Shown here: in pieces, positions 54,154 to 63,271 of the stretch
How positions within the stretch are numbered: the first letter of the stretch is position 1
How the letters are laid out: each line of letters begins with the position of its first letter
Virus record (IMG/VR): IMGVR_UViG_3300029554_000001
Length of the DNA stretch: 64,000 nt
DNA from: a virus
Reading direction: 5' to 3' (one strand)
Translations under genes and position numbers: made by a program
Notes under the pieces: generated by a model
Told to the model about the DNA's origin: nothing
The model's database searches: none
What the model saw: the letters and a program-made list of their open reading frames with translations, nothing else

Positions 54154-54252
54154 AAATGAAGTTTTATTGGGTTAATTTTACCTGAAAATATCTTTTTTTA
54201 GACTTGTTTTTATTTGAAAAGTTGCAAAAATAATATAAAATAGGAGAAAGTA

Positions 54253-54423
54253 ATGAAGATTTATTGTGCATATGACCACCTGAATTGTGAGTCTGCTCCA
54301 AAGTCTCAGGAAGAGATTCATGCTTGTGAATATTATGGTTCTTACCTATGTAATGCTTGCCCCTCTCGTTATGATGGTGACAAGGTAAAGAAATATATGG
54401 AGGATAATCCTCGTGAACACTAA
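54253..54423 (+). CDS. Possible 56-aa Cys-rich protein
   Basis: RBS AGGAGAAAG before ATG 54253. Codon check runs to TAA 54421. Confidence 0.45.
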   Translation: MKIYCAYDHLNCESAPKSQEEIHACEYYGSYLCNACPSRYDGDKVKKYMEDNPREH

Positions 54424-54679
54424 TGGAGTTAAACTGTATAATGAACGTGTAACGAAAGAATTCCTTAAGTATCGTAAGGTTCGTCGTATTTATTGCAGTG
54501 ATTGTGATGTTGAAATGAAGCTGGGTGAAATGAATTATACTACTTATGCTACTTATCCGCCCATTTATGAGTTTGTATGTCCCAAGTGTAATCACAAAAT
54601 GACTTCTTCTGTTATGTATCCTGTAATTGAAGAAGTTTGGGAAAATGAAGATGATATGAAAAGAGAGGTAATGGACTAA
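54413..54679 (+). CDS. Zn-ribbon protein (GTG start)
   Basis: GGAGGA lies 8 nt before GTG 54413. CSDC...CPKC. Confidence 0.55.
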   Translation: MNTNGVKLYNERVTKEFLKYRKVRRIYCSDCDVEMKLGEMNYTTYATYPPIYEFVCPKCNHKMTSSVMYPVIEEVWENEDDMKREVMD

Positions 54680-55635
54680 TGAGCAATATTAAGACTTACC
54701 AGAATGGCAACTATGTCGTGACCATCGACTTGGATAGCGGAACCAAGACTCGTGAAAATGATTTGAGCTTTTTCAAGGCTGATTTTCCAGAGTGCTGTGA
54801 TTATAAAATTACTAATAATTGCGCACAGGGTTGTAGTTTTTGCCATGAGAACAGCACTCCTAATGGTAAGCATGGCGATATTCTCGGTGAACAGGGTATC
54901 AAGGTTCTTGAAAGTTTCCATGAATACACCGAGCTTGCAATCGGAGGTGGAGACCCCCTTTCTCACCCTGATTTGATTCCGTTCCTTCGCAAGTGCAAAG
55001 AGTTGAATCTTATTCCCAATATTACGGTTCATCAGTTTGAATTTATGAAGAATCAGGAACTCATTGAACAGCTTGTTAATGAAAAGCTCATCTATGGTAT
55101 TGGTGTCTCTCTTGTTGACCCTCTTCAGCCGCAGTTTCTCAAAACTATTTCTAAGTATCCCAATCTTGTTCTCCATGTCATTAATGGTATTGTGACGATG
55201 GATACTCTTCGTACTCTTAAGAATCGTGGGCTTAAGATTCTTATTCTTGGCTACAAGACAGTTCGTCGTGGTGAAGAGTATGTTAAGGAAGATTGGGCTA
55301 AGGAACTTGTAGCAAATAAGCAGAAGGCAATCTATGACAATCTTGGTCGCATGATTGATGAAAAGTGGTTCTCTGTTATTAGTTTTGACAATCTTGCTAT
55401 TAAACAGCTTGAGCCTAAGCGTCTTATGTCTGAGGAAGATTGGAATACTATGTATATGGGTGAAGACTATGATAATATGTCTAGTGCTTCTATGTACATT
55501 GATGCAGTAGAAATGCAATTTGCTTGTAACTCTTGTGATGTAAATCATCGTTATGATGTTGGCAATAAGACTGTTACTGAAATGTATCAGTTCTTGAGGG
55601 ATTTAAAGGAGAATAGCAATGAAACAGATTCGTAA
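54679..55635 (+). CDS. Radical SAM enzyme
   Basis: CAQGCSFC (CX3CX2C) near the N-terminus, plus GGGDPL. Confidence 0.75.
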   Translation: MSNIKTYQNGNYVVTIDLDSGTKTRENDLSFFKADFPECCDYKITNNCAQGCSFCHENSTPNGKHGDILGEQGIKVLESFHEYTELAIGGGDPLSHPDLIPFLRKCKELNLIPNITVHQFEFMKNQELIEQLVNEKLIYGIGVSLVDPLQPQFLKTISKYPNLVLHVINGIVTMDTLRTLKNRGLKILILGYKTVRRGEEYVKEDWAKELVANKQKAIYDNLGRMIDEKWFSVISFDNLAIKQLEPKRLMSEEDWNTMYMGEDYDNMSSASMYIDAVEMQFACNSCDVNHRYDVGNKTVTEMYQFLRDLKENSNETDS

Positions 55636-56203
55636 GAATGTATTCGAAACTAATTCTAGCTCTTGTCATTCACTTGTTATTTCAAAAGATAATTATGGTC
55701 CAGAACATATTCCAGCTTATTTAAATTTTAATGCGGATGAAGATTATGGTTGGGACAGATGTTGTTACTCTTCCACAGAAGATAAAGCTTCTTATCTTTA
55801 CACTGCTATGCTTAATTGTGATATGTTTGCTCAAGCAAAAGATTTTAAGCGTAAACTTGAAGAAGATTTTAAGATTAAAATTTTCGTCCCCACCTATAAA
55901 AGAGAGACAAGTAAATATGGTGGTTGGGAATTTTGGGATTGTAGCGGTTCTGTAGACCATGCAGGAGAACTTGTTCCCTTTATTAATGAAATTCTTGAAG
56001 ACGATGATAAATTGAAGCGTTTCCTTTTCGACCCAAAAAGTTGTATTTATACTGGCAATGATAATGGTTGCAACCCTGATGACAATTGTTATGTTGCTGA
56101 TGTAGATGAAAATGGTGAACATTACGATTGGGACATTGAAAAAAATGTTAAACATCCTCTTTGGGATGGAGAACATTATGAATATTACTTTAAGGGGAAT
56201 TAA
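55619..56203 (+). CDS. FETNSSSxH-family protein, paralogue 4
   Basis: N-terminus MKQIRKNVFETNSSSCHSLVI, later GSVDHAGE. Overlaps the 3' end of the radical SAM gene. Confidence 0.7.
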   Translation: MKQIRKNVFETNSSSCHSLVISKDNYGPEHIPAYLNFNADEDYGWDRCCYSSTEDKASYLYTAMLNCDMFAQAKDFKRKLEEDFKIKIFVPTYKRETSKYGGWEFWDCSGSVDHAGELVPFINEILEDDDKLKRFLFDPKSCIYTGNDNGCNPDDNCYVADVDENGEHYDWDIEKNVKHPLWDGEHYEYYFKGN

Positions 56204-56205
56204 TA

Positions 56206-56580
56206 ATGAATAACACAGGAGATTATTATCCCGTTAAAGGATATTGTAATGAAAAAGGCATTTCTTGTGAATATGCTAATATTAGAGGATATTGTGGTTT
56301 AACTGCGTGCTTGAAGCATAATTCTGTTCAGTTGAATAATACATCTGATTTTAGTTTAAATTTTTCTCGCTCTGAAAAATCTAAGATGTTTATTAAACTT
56401 GAGCCAAAAGAATTTAACATGCAGAAAAATTTTGATGATACAGTTAATTTAAATTTTACTCTGCCTATTATAAATCAGGATTCTAATGAAGAAACTGGTA
56501 CTTTAAAAGTAAAAATTCCTCGTGCTAAATATGAATTCGAAAAAGGTGGAATTAAAATTTTTCTCTTAAAATCTGAGTAA
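56206..56580 (+). CDS. Hypothetical protein
   Basis: 124-aa ORF directly after paralogue 4. Confidence 0.6.
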   Translation: MNNTGDYYPVKGYCNEKGISCEYANIRGYCGLTACLKHNSVQLNNTSDFSLNFSRSEKSKMFIKLEPKEFNMQKNFDDTVNLNFTLPIINQDSNEETGTLKVKIPRAKYEFEKGGIKIFLLKSE

Positions 56581-56609
56581 GGGTATAATTGGGTATAAGA
56601 GGGTATAAT

Positions 56610-57080
56610 ATGGTTGATATTAAATGGCTTTAGACTCAAGAAGGATAGAAAGCTTATTAGACTTGGATAAGGAAATTAGCAAACCGAGCAGAAGATAGGA
56701 CAGATATTCCAATTTTAGTAGATACCAACGGAGAAATTTAGGTTTGGGTAACAATAAATAAAAAATATCTATCTAAAGAGCAATTTGAAAAACTTGCTGA
56801 TAAATCTGATGGTGAAATTACTACAAAATTAGAATTTAAAACAAAAGATATTATTATAAGAGAGCTTACTTCTATCGCAAAGAGCAGAGAGGCTTTAGCA
56901 GATAATGAAGATGAAAGAGAACTTTTATGTCCCCTTGTTTCATTGTTTCAAGGAATAGAAGATGCTATTACTAATGATATTTGCTATAAAGCTCAAAATG
57001 CTAAACAGCTTTTTATAAACAATTTCGAAAAAAATTTAGGAAAAAACGAAAATAATTCTAATAACCTCTTGACAAACTAA
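56610..57080 (+). CDS. Hypothetical protein (4 in-frame TAG)
   Basis: 156 codons from ATG 56610 to TAA 57078, with TAGs at 56631, 56646, 56658 and one further downstream. No other stop in frame. Confidence 0.55.
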
Positions 57081-57097
57081 GATACATCTGTTATAGT
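57069..57097 (+). promoter_or_regulatory. sigma70-like promoter for the module-10/Ro-like transcript
   Basis: TTGACA (57069-74), 17 nt spacer, TATAGT (57092-97). Confidence 0.65.
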
Positions 57098-57114
57098 ATC
57101 TATTGTCATAAGTA

Positions 57115-57177
57115 GTTAGACTCTCACAGCAAACTACAAAAAACTTTTATTTTGGAAAAAGGACAAAAAGAGTCTAG
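57115..57177 (+). ncRNA. ACAGCAA-stem module 10, in the 5' leader of the Ro60-like gene
   Basis: GT-TAGACTCT-C-ACAGCAA (57117-57132) ... AGAGTCTA-G (57169-57177). Followed by the hairpin TCCTTT-AGA-AAAGGA (57178-57192), which includes the AAGGAG RBS. Confidence 0.65.
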
Positions 57178-57199
57178 TCCTTTAGAAAAGGAGAAAATT

Positions 57200-58930
57200 A
57201 TGTATAACTACAACAATCCTAACAAGAAGAATAACACTAAGGCTTGGGCTCCTAAGCCTGAAAAGCCTGTTACTAAGTCCAACCGAGTTAGCCGTAAGGC
57301 TTCTTTCATGGACAAGGTTGAGAATACTGCCAAGGGCTACTACACTCAGGTTGCAATTCCTTCTCTTCCTGCTGATAAGCAGTACACTTCTAATGGTGCT
57401 ATTGCCTACAAGTCCTCTGGTTCTGCTCTTCTTGATATCAATACTTCCATTACCGCTCTTCGTAGTCTTCCTGATGGTAATATTGTGAAGAAGTTCCGTG
57501 CAGCTTATTCTGAGAATCCTCGTCTCGCTATTCGTTGGCTGTTCTATGCTGGCGATATCCGTGAGGGTCAGGGTGAGCGCCGTCTCTTCCAGATTTGCCT
57601 TAAGGATATGATGAACAATGGTGGTGCTCAGATTGTGGCGAACCTGATTCCTATGATTCCTGAGTATTCTCGTTGGGATTATATCTATGTTGTCATGGAT
57701 AATCCTACTACTAAGCCTGTTGTTCGTGAACTGATTCGTAAGCAGTGGAAGGAAGATATGGCTAATATGAAGAAGGGCAAGTCCATTAGCCTTATGGCGA
57801 AGTGGCTTGATAGTGCTTCTTCTCACAGCCATGATACTCGTAAGCGTGGTCTTAAGACTATGGATATGCTCGGTCTGACTGAACGTGAGTATCGTAAGGG
57901 GCTGTCTGCTCTCCGTAAGCACCTTGATGTTGTTGAGCGTAAGATGTCTTCTCAGAATTGGCAGAGCATTAATTACGAGACTGTTCCTTCTAAGGCAAAC
58001 CTTAATTACAACAAGGCTTTCCTTCGTAATGATGAGGAGCGCCGTCGTGCCTATTTGAACGCTCTTACTAAGGGCGAGGCAAAGATTAATTCTTCCGTAT
58101 CTAATCCTTGTGACATTGTTCACAAGTATTGCGAGAATGATTGGGGTACTTCTCCTCATTCTTATGATGCCGCCCTTGAAGGCATGTGGAAGGCTCTTCC
58201 CAATCTTGTAACCGATGATAGTTCCACTATTGTTGTTGCCGATGGTTCTGGTTCTATGTGTGCTACCGTGGGTCGTACTCGTATGACTGCTCTTGAGGTT
58301 GCTAACTCTCTTGCAATTTACTTTGCAGAGCGTGCTAAGGGTGCATACAAGGGTCGTTACATTACTTTCTCTGCACGTCCTCAGATGGTTAATGTTAATC
58401 ATGACTCTTTGCGTGCAAATCTTAGAGAAGCTGCTCGTCATAGTGAGGTTGCTAATACCAACCTTGAAGCAGTATTTGACCTGATTCTTGATACTGCAAT
58501 TAAGAATCATTCTCCTCAGAGTGATTTGCCTAAGAATATTCTGATTATCAGTGATGGTGGTTGGGATTCTATGGTAAATATCCGTAATGTTAGCACTGGC
58601 AGTAATGGTTACGGTGGTTATGGTTATTGGGGTTATAACAGCACTCGTGCTACTGCTAAGGAAGCTCCTGCTTTCCTTAAGTCCATTGAGCAGAAGTACA
58701 AGAACGCTTCCTATGAGTGTCCAAAAATTTGTTTTTGGAATGTGTGCGGAAATGGTAACACTAATAATGGTCTTCCTATGACCAAGAATGACTATGGTAT
58801 CATGGTCAGCGGGTTTAGTGTTCAAACTTTGAAAATGATTCTCAGTGGCAAGACTAATCCTTGGGATGCACTTATGGAAGTGGTCTTGGATAAGCGTTAT
58901 GACAAGATTGAGGAGCTTGCTTTTAAGTAA
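57200..58930 (+). CDS. Ro60-like protein: helical N-domain (DUF2828/TROVE-like) plus vWA domain with MIDAS
   Basis: GAIAYKSSGSALLD, ENPRLAIRWLFYAGDIREGQGERRLF, MIDAS VVADGSGSM. C-terminal ICFWNV...NNGLP...YGIMVSGFSVQTLKMI parallels Ro60 LIVCGM..NGF.IADP.DRGMLDMCGFDTGALDVI. Confidence 0.65.
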   Translation: MYNYNNPNKKNNTKAWAPKPEKPVTKSNRVSRKASFMDKVENTAKGYYTQVAIPSLPADKQYTSNGAIAYKSSGSALLDINTSITALRSLPDGNIVKKFRAAYSENPRLAIRWLFYAGDIREGQGERRLFQICLKDMMNNGGAQIVANLIPMIPEYSRWDYIYVVMDNPTTKPVVRELIRKQWKEDMANMKKGKSISLMAKWLDSASSHSHDTRKRGLKTMDMLGLTEREYRKGLSALRKHLDVVERKMSSQNWQSINYETVPSKANLNYNKAFLRNDEERRRAYLNALTKGEAKINSSVSNPCDIVHKYCENDWGTSPHSYDAALEGMWKALPNLVTDDSSTIVVADGSGSMCATVGRTRMTALEVANSLAIYFAERAKGAYKGRYITFSARPQMVNVNHDSLRANLREAARHSEVANTNLEAVFDLILDTAIKNHSPQSDLPKNILIISDGGWDSMVNIRNVSTGSNGYGGYGYWGYNSTRATAKEAPAFLKSIEQKYKNASYECPKICFWNVCGNGNTNNGLPMTKNDYGIMVSGFSVQTLKMILSGKTNPWDALMEVVLDKRYDKIEELAFK

Positions 58931-58995
58931 GTTTTAAATATAAAAGGGGGAAGGGAATTATTCTCTTCTCCTTTTTTGCCTATAAAGGAGTGAAA

Positions 58996-60312
58996 ATGGA
59001 AACTGTAAAGCAAAATAAACAATTAATGGAAATTTGGGATACAGAAGAAAATAAAAAACAAAATATTTTCCCCGAAAATATTTCTTTGGGAAGTTCTAAA
59101 ATAAAAATAAACTGGAAAGATAAATATGGTCATAAATGGCAAAGAGCTGTTTCTGTATAGTTAAGAGCAAAAAATATATGCCCCATTTGTGCTAATAAAA
59201 AAATAATAAGAGAAAATAGCTTTGCTACTCTTTATCCAGAGATTTTAAAAGACTGGGATTATGATAAAAATACAATATCGCCATTTAATATTTCTCCAAA
59301 ATCAGGTCGAAAAGTTTGGTGGAAGTGTTTTATTTGTGGATTTAATTGGTAGACCAGAGTAAGCCATAGAACACAAAATGGAACTGGTTGTCCTGAATGC
59401 TCTAAAAGCATAATTTCACAGAAAAAATAGGCAACTGATTATTAGCATAGTTTGGCTAATCTTTATCCTTAGTTATTATCAGAGTGGGATTATAATAAAA
59501 ATGATAAAAAACCATCAGAAATTTATGCCCATTCTTCTTATAACGCATGGTGGAAATGCGAATTTGGGCATTCTTGGTAGGCGAAAGTACATTCTCGAAC
59601 AAGAGAAAAACCTGCTGGATGTCCAATTTGTCTAAAAAGATATTGTAGCAGTTTTCCAGAGTAGGCTATTTATTATTACTTTTAGTAGGTAACTAAAACT
59701 ATTAATAGAGATTAGAGCTTTGGAAGAGAAAAAGAAATAGATATTTATTGCCCAAAATTAAAAATTGGAATAGAATATAATCGGTCATTTTTCCATCAAA
59801 ATGAAAAAACAGAAGATAAAATTAAGTTCTTTAAAGAAAAAGGCATTAGACTAATTGTTGTTACAGATGCAAAAGAGAACAAAGTAGATAATGATTGTAT
59901 TTATCATAAAGAGACAGATGAGGATTTATCTTGGGCTATTAAAGAAATTTTTAAAATAATTCAAATAGAACCTCCATTAATTGATATTGGCAAAGACAGA
60001 AATTCTATTTTGGATAACTATATGTTTTCCATGAAAGAAAAAAGTTTATTAGCTAAAGTACCTGATGTTATATATCAATGGGATTATGAAAAAAATTACC
60101 CTTTAAAACCAGAATAGTTTTTACCACAGAGTCGTTTTGAAGCTAATTGGAAATGCTCAAATCGGCATTTATGGAAGCAAAGAATTTGTAATAAAGTAAC
60201 TCATCAAAATGGAAAATATCATATCTCTCAATGTAGCATCTGTAAACCAATTAAAGGTGGATTTAAATTGTCCCCGTTTGCCACTGAACTAACTTATGAA
60301 AGAGAGGGGTAA
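58996..60312 (+). CDS. Homing-endonuclease-like protein: repeated treble-clef Zn ribbons plus Vsr/PD-(D/E)xK-like core (11 in-frame TAG)
   Basis: Repeats WxCxxGHxW..(x)..R....GCPxC. FPEQAIYYYF and EIDIYCPKLKIGIEYN..FFH. 438 codons checked one by one: 11 TAG, no TAA or TGA before 60310. Confidence 0.75.
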
Positions 60313-60330
60313 TTCCCTCTCTTTTTTTTA
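60301..60330 (+). terminator. Intrinsic terminator
   Basis: AGAGAGGG-loop-CCCTCTCT followed by T8. Confidence 0.7.
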
Positions 60331-60411
60331 TTGTTTTCTATTGACAAACAAGGAAAATTGTGTTATTCTTCATATACAATCACAATTATATTAAGTGAAA
60401 GGTGTATTATT

Positions 60412-60654
60412 ATGGGCTATTTTCGTAATTTAACTAATGCGGAACTTTGGTCGGCTTGTTCAGAGCTTAAAGAAATTGAAAAAAAGAATCCTCCAAAAAA
60501 CAAAGAGAATTGGCCTATTAAGTACGGAAGCTATTTTTCTAAGGCAGTAGATTATTATGACCATTTCGTATCTATGCCAGTTACAGTAGCGGTAAGCGAA
60601 CTTAAATTTGAGGTAGAAAGACGAGGTATTATTAATGACTGTAAAAGAGTATAA
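60412..60654 (+). CDS. Hypothetical protein
   Basis: ATG 60412 after GAAAGGTG. The upstream part of the track ORF overlaps the promoter. Confidence 0.55.
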   Translation: MGYFRNLTNAELWSACSELKEIEKKNPPKNKENWPIKYGSYFSKAVDYYDHFVSMPVTVAVSELKFEVERRGIINDCKRV

Positions 60655-61063
60655 TGAATGGCGTAAAGAATTTGGTCGTGTTCAAGTTTTACTTTATGCT
60701 TTTCCAAATGTTTTAAAGAAAATTGGCAATGAAGATTTAATCAAAGAGCTTAAGATTTTAGGTTATGATGAGCATACTCTTGACTTTCTTAATTCAGCCA
60801 TGGATGCTTTTGAGAAAGCTGAAAAGGAAGAACTTATGAAAGATATGAATGTTCAACCTGACCCAAATACTACTACTCCTAAAAAAGCACCTGTTATACC
60901 AGAAGAGCCTAAAAATCCTTCTATTTCTAATTATCATCTTCAACCTGCTTGGTGTAGTAATTGTATTCATAGTTGGGGAGTAGACTGTTTTAGAGACCCT
61001 CTAAATGATATACCTTGTCCTAATTATAGAAGAGACCCGCCCGATGGAGGCTTTTACGGATAA
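60635..61063 (+). CDS. Hypothetical protein
   Basis: 142-aa ORF with a Cys-rich C-terminus. Confidence 0.6.
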   Translation: MTVKEYNEWRKEFGRVQVLLYAFPNVLKKIGNEDLIKELKILGYDEHTLDFLNSAMDAFEKAEKEELMKDMNVQPDPNTTTPKKAPVIPEEPKNPSISNYHLQPAWCSNCIHSWGVDCFRDPLNDIPCPNYRRDPPDGGFYG

Positions 61064-62013
61064 TGAGAGTTTTATCTTTGTTTGATGGTATTTGTTGCGG
61101 TCATCTGGCACTTGAGAGAGCTAGAATTAAGATTGATTCTTATGATGCTTATGAAATTGAAAAGAACGCAATTAAAGCCACAGAAACAAATTTCCCTGAT
61201 GTAGTTCAGCATGGAGATGTAACTATAGAAGATTTTACCAAATACAAAGGTAAAATTGAGTTACTTATTGGGGGTTCTCCTTGTACAAATTTGAGCATGG
61301 CTGGTAATGGTCAAGGATTAAAAGGTTCTCAAAGTAAATTGTTTTATGAATATGCTCGTGCAATAAAAGAAGCCCATCCAAAATATTTTTTACTTGAAAA
61401 TGTAATTATGAAAAAAGAATGGGAAGATATTATTACAAATATTCTTGGAGTAGAACCCATTGAAATTAATTCTTCTCTTGTTTCAGCACAGAACAGACGT
61501 AGACTTTATTGGACTAATATCCCTAATGTAACACTTCCCGAAGATAAAAACATTACTCTGGAAGATATTCTTGAAGATATTGAATTTCCTAATCCTGCGG
61601 CAATTAGAGGGCGCAGATTAAACAAAGCCACTATTGTTGGTCGCAGATTAGATAAAAATGGTCATAGAAAAGATACTGATAAAACAATTCCTATTACTCA
61701 GTGTCTTGAAGTCCGCGCTACAAATACAGACAAATCAAATTGTCTCACTACTGTAGACAAGGATAATGTTCTTACACCACTTTCTATTGGTAGACATCCA
61801 GATGCTTTTAAAAATAATTTGCCTTTTAGATATTATACTACTAAAGAAATGTGTCGTTTACAGACTGTTCCTGATGATTTTCTTAATATGATTCCAGATA
61901 GTGCAGCAAGAAAAGCGTTAGGAAACGGATGGACAGTAGATGTAATTGCCCATATTCTCAGTTTTCTTCCAGATGAATATAAAGAGGATAAAACAAATGA
62001 AAACGATGATTAA
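61063..62013 (+). CDS. DNA (cytosine-5)-methyltransferase
   Basis: Motif I LFDGICCG, IV GGSPCTNLS, VI LLENV, VIII QNRRRLYW, X GNGWTV. Confidence 0.9.
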   Translation: MRVLSLFDGICCGHLALERARIKIDSYDAYEIEKNAIKATETNFPDVVQHGDVTIEDFTKYKGKIELLIGGSPCTNLSMAGNGQGLKGSQSKLFYEYARAIKEAHPKYFLLENVIMKKEWEDIITNILGVEPIEINSSLVSAQNRRRLYWTNIPNVTLPEDKNITLEDILEDIEFPNPAAIRGRRLNKATIVGRRLDKNGHRKDTDKTIPITQCLEVRATNTDKSNCLTTVDKDNVLTPLSIGRHPDAFKNNLPFRYYTTKEMCRLQTVPDDFLNMIPDSAARKALGNGWTVDVIAHILSFLPDEYKEDKTNENDD

Positions 62014-62200
62014 GATTGGTGAAAAAGAATTTGTTAATGGCGATATCTATTACAATCCTTTTTTCGGTGATTTATGGATAATTCAAAACGATACAAAAAT
62101 TAAGAAAATTAATGATAGTTATATTACTGATATTGATGATGTTGCTGAATTTGTATATGTTGGTCATATAGATTTAGAATAGCAAGGAGTGATAAAATGA
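61997..62200 (+). CDS. Hypothetical small protein (1 in-frame TAG)
   Basis: ATG 61997 after AGAGGA. TAG 62180 read through to TGA 62198. Confidence 0.5.
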
Positions 62201-62562
62201 GCTACGATATTAGTTACAGAGTCCAATGTAAGGATAATCCTAAACTTTGGGCTGATGTTGGAAACTGTGAAGCAAATATTACTTACAATTTGCGTGAAAT
62301 GATTTAGAAATCTACAAGCTTGGAGTGGAAAAATGAAGAAGATAATGGTCTTGTAAAAGATGTTATTCCTTTTATTATTCACGGTTTAGAAGAGCTTGAA
62401 AGATTCCCAAATAAATATAAACAGTATGAATCTCCTAATGGATGGGGAACAATTAATGGATGCAAGAGTTTCTTTACCCGATGTATTTTAGATTGGACTA
62501 ATTTTACAAAAGATAGTTGGACCTCTCCATATAAAGATATTGTACATTTCTGGATTGTTTAA
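62197..62562 (+). CDS. Hypothetical protein (1 in-frame TAG)
   Basis: ATGA coupling. TAG 62305 joins to the track ORF at 62320. Confidence 0.55.
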
Positions 62563-62753
62563 TGGATTTGTTTAATATTAATTTAGTTTACGGCCTATTT
62601 TGTTTTTATTTTAGCACTATAATAGGAATTGCAGGGTTAGACCATTCTACTGGAACAATTCTAACCCCTTTCTGTTTATTTATTAGTGGCTGTTTGTTTA
62701 TGATTGGAATACATTTTTTAAAACTATATCCAAAAGATAAAAAAGGAGATTAA
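62562..62753 (+). CDS. Small membrane protein
   Basis: Two hydrophobic helices. Confidence 0.55.
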   Translation: MDLFNINLVYGLFCFYFSTIIGIAGLDHSTGTILTPFCLFISGCLFMIGIHFLKLYPKDKKGD

Positions 62754-62754
62754 A

Positions 62755-62982
62755 ATGACAATTGAACGACTTAGAGATATTCTCAATGATGTAGCAAACG
62801 GTGCGAATTGGGAACTGTATAAAAACTCATTAGTAGTAATTAGTGTAGAAGATTCCAGAAACACCGTGGGAAGTAGGCCTTATACAAAAGTTCGCTCAGT
62901 AGGCATGGGCTTTGATTGGGAAGCGGGTCAATTTAGAATTGAACCTGAAAATAAATTAATGGAGGTTAGTAAAAGAAAATGA
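62755..62982 (+). CDS. Hypothetical protein
   Basis: 75-aa ORF after GGAGA. Confidence 0.55.
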   Translation: MTIERLRDILNDVANGANWELYKNSLVVISVEDSRNTVGSRPYTKVRSVGMGFDWEAGQFRIEPENKLMEVSKRK

Positions 62983-63251
62983 ACACTACTCAAGTTGCTT
63001 TGTGCATCATTCTTGCTATCGGAGTTTTAACAATTTTCTTTTTAGCAGGAACTATTATTGGTGGTATCCATGCTTATTCAAAGGCTTTTACAGAAGCCGA
63101 AGAAACTCATAAAAATTTAGATGAGGCTAAAGAAGGTCTTATTAAATCTTTAGAGGAAAAAGCAGAAGCACAAAAAGAACTTATTGAATCCTATGAAGAG
63201 TTGGTAAAAACTCTTCAAGAAAAAAATAATAAACCCTTGACAGAGAACTAA
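62979..63251 (+). CDS. N-terminally anchored coiled-coil protein
   Basis: TM helix followed by a K/E-rich helix. Confidence 0.55.
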   Translation: MNTTQVALCIILAIGVLTIFFLAGTIIGGIHAYSKAFTEAEETHKNLDEAKEGLIKSLEEKAEAQKELIESYEELVKTLQEKNNKPLTEN

Positions 63252-63265
63252 TCTTATGGTATATT
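63237..63265 (+). promoter_or_regulatory. sigma70-like promoter for a long noncoding transcript
   Basis: TTGACA, 17 nt spacer, TATATT. Confidence 0.6.
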
Positions 63266-63271
63266 AAGATT

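Noticed and set aside
57182-58825. 547-aa ORF on the minus strand
   Set aside because: It is a shadow ORF antisense to the motif-bearing Ro60-like gene. Its sequence is low-complexity (runs of I, L, T, R, N), it has no RBS, and no other minus-strand gene exists in the window.
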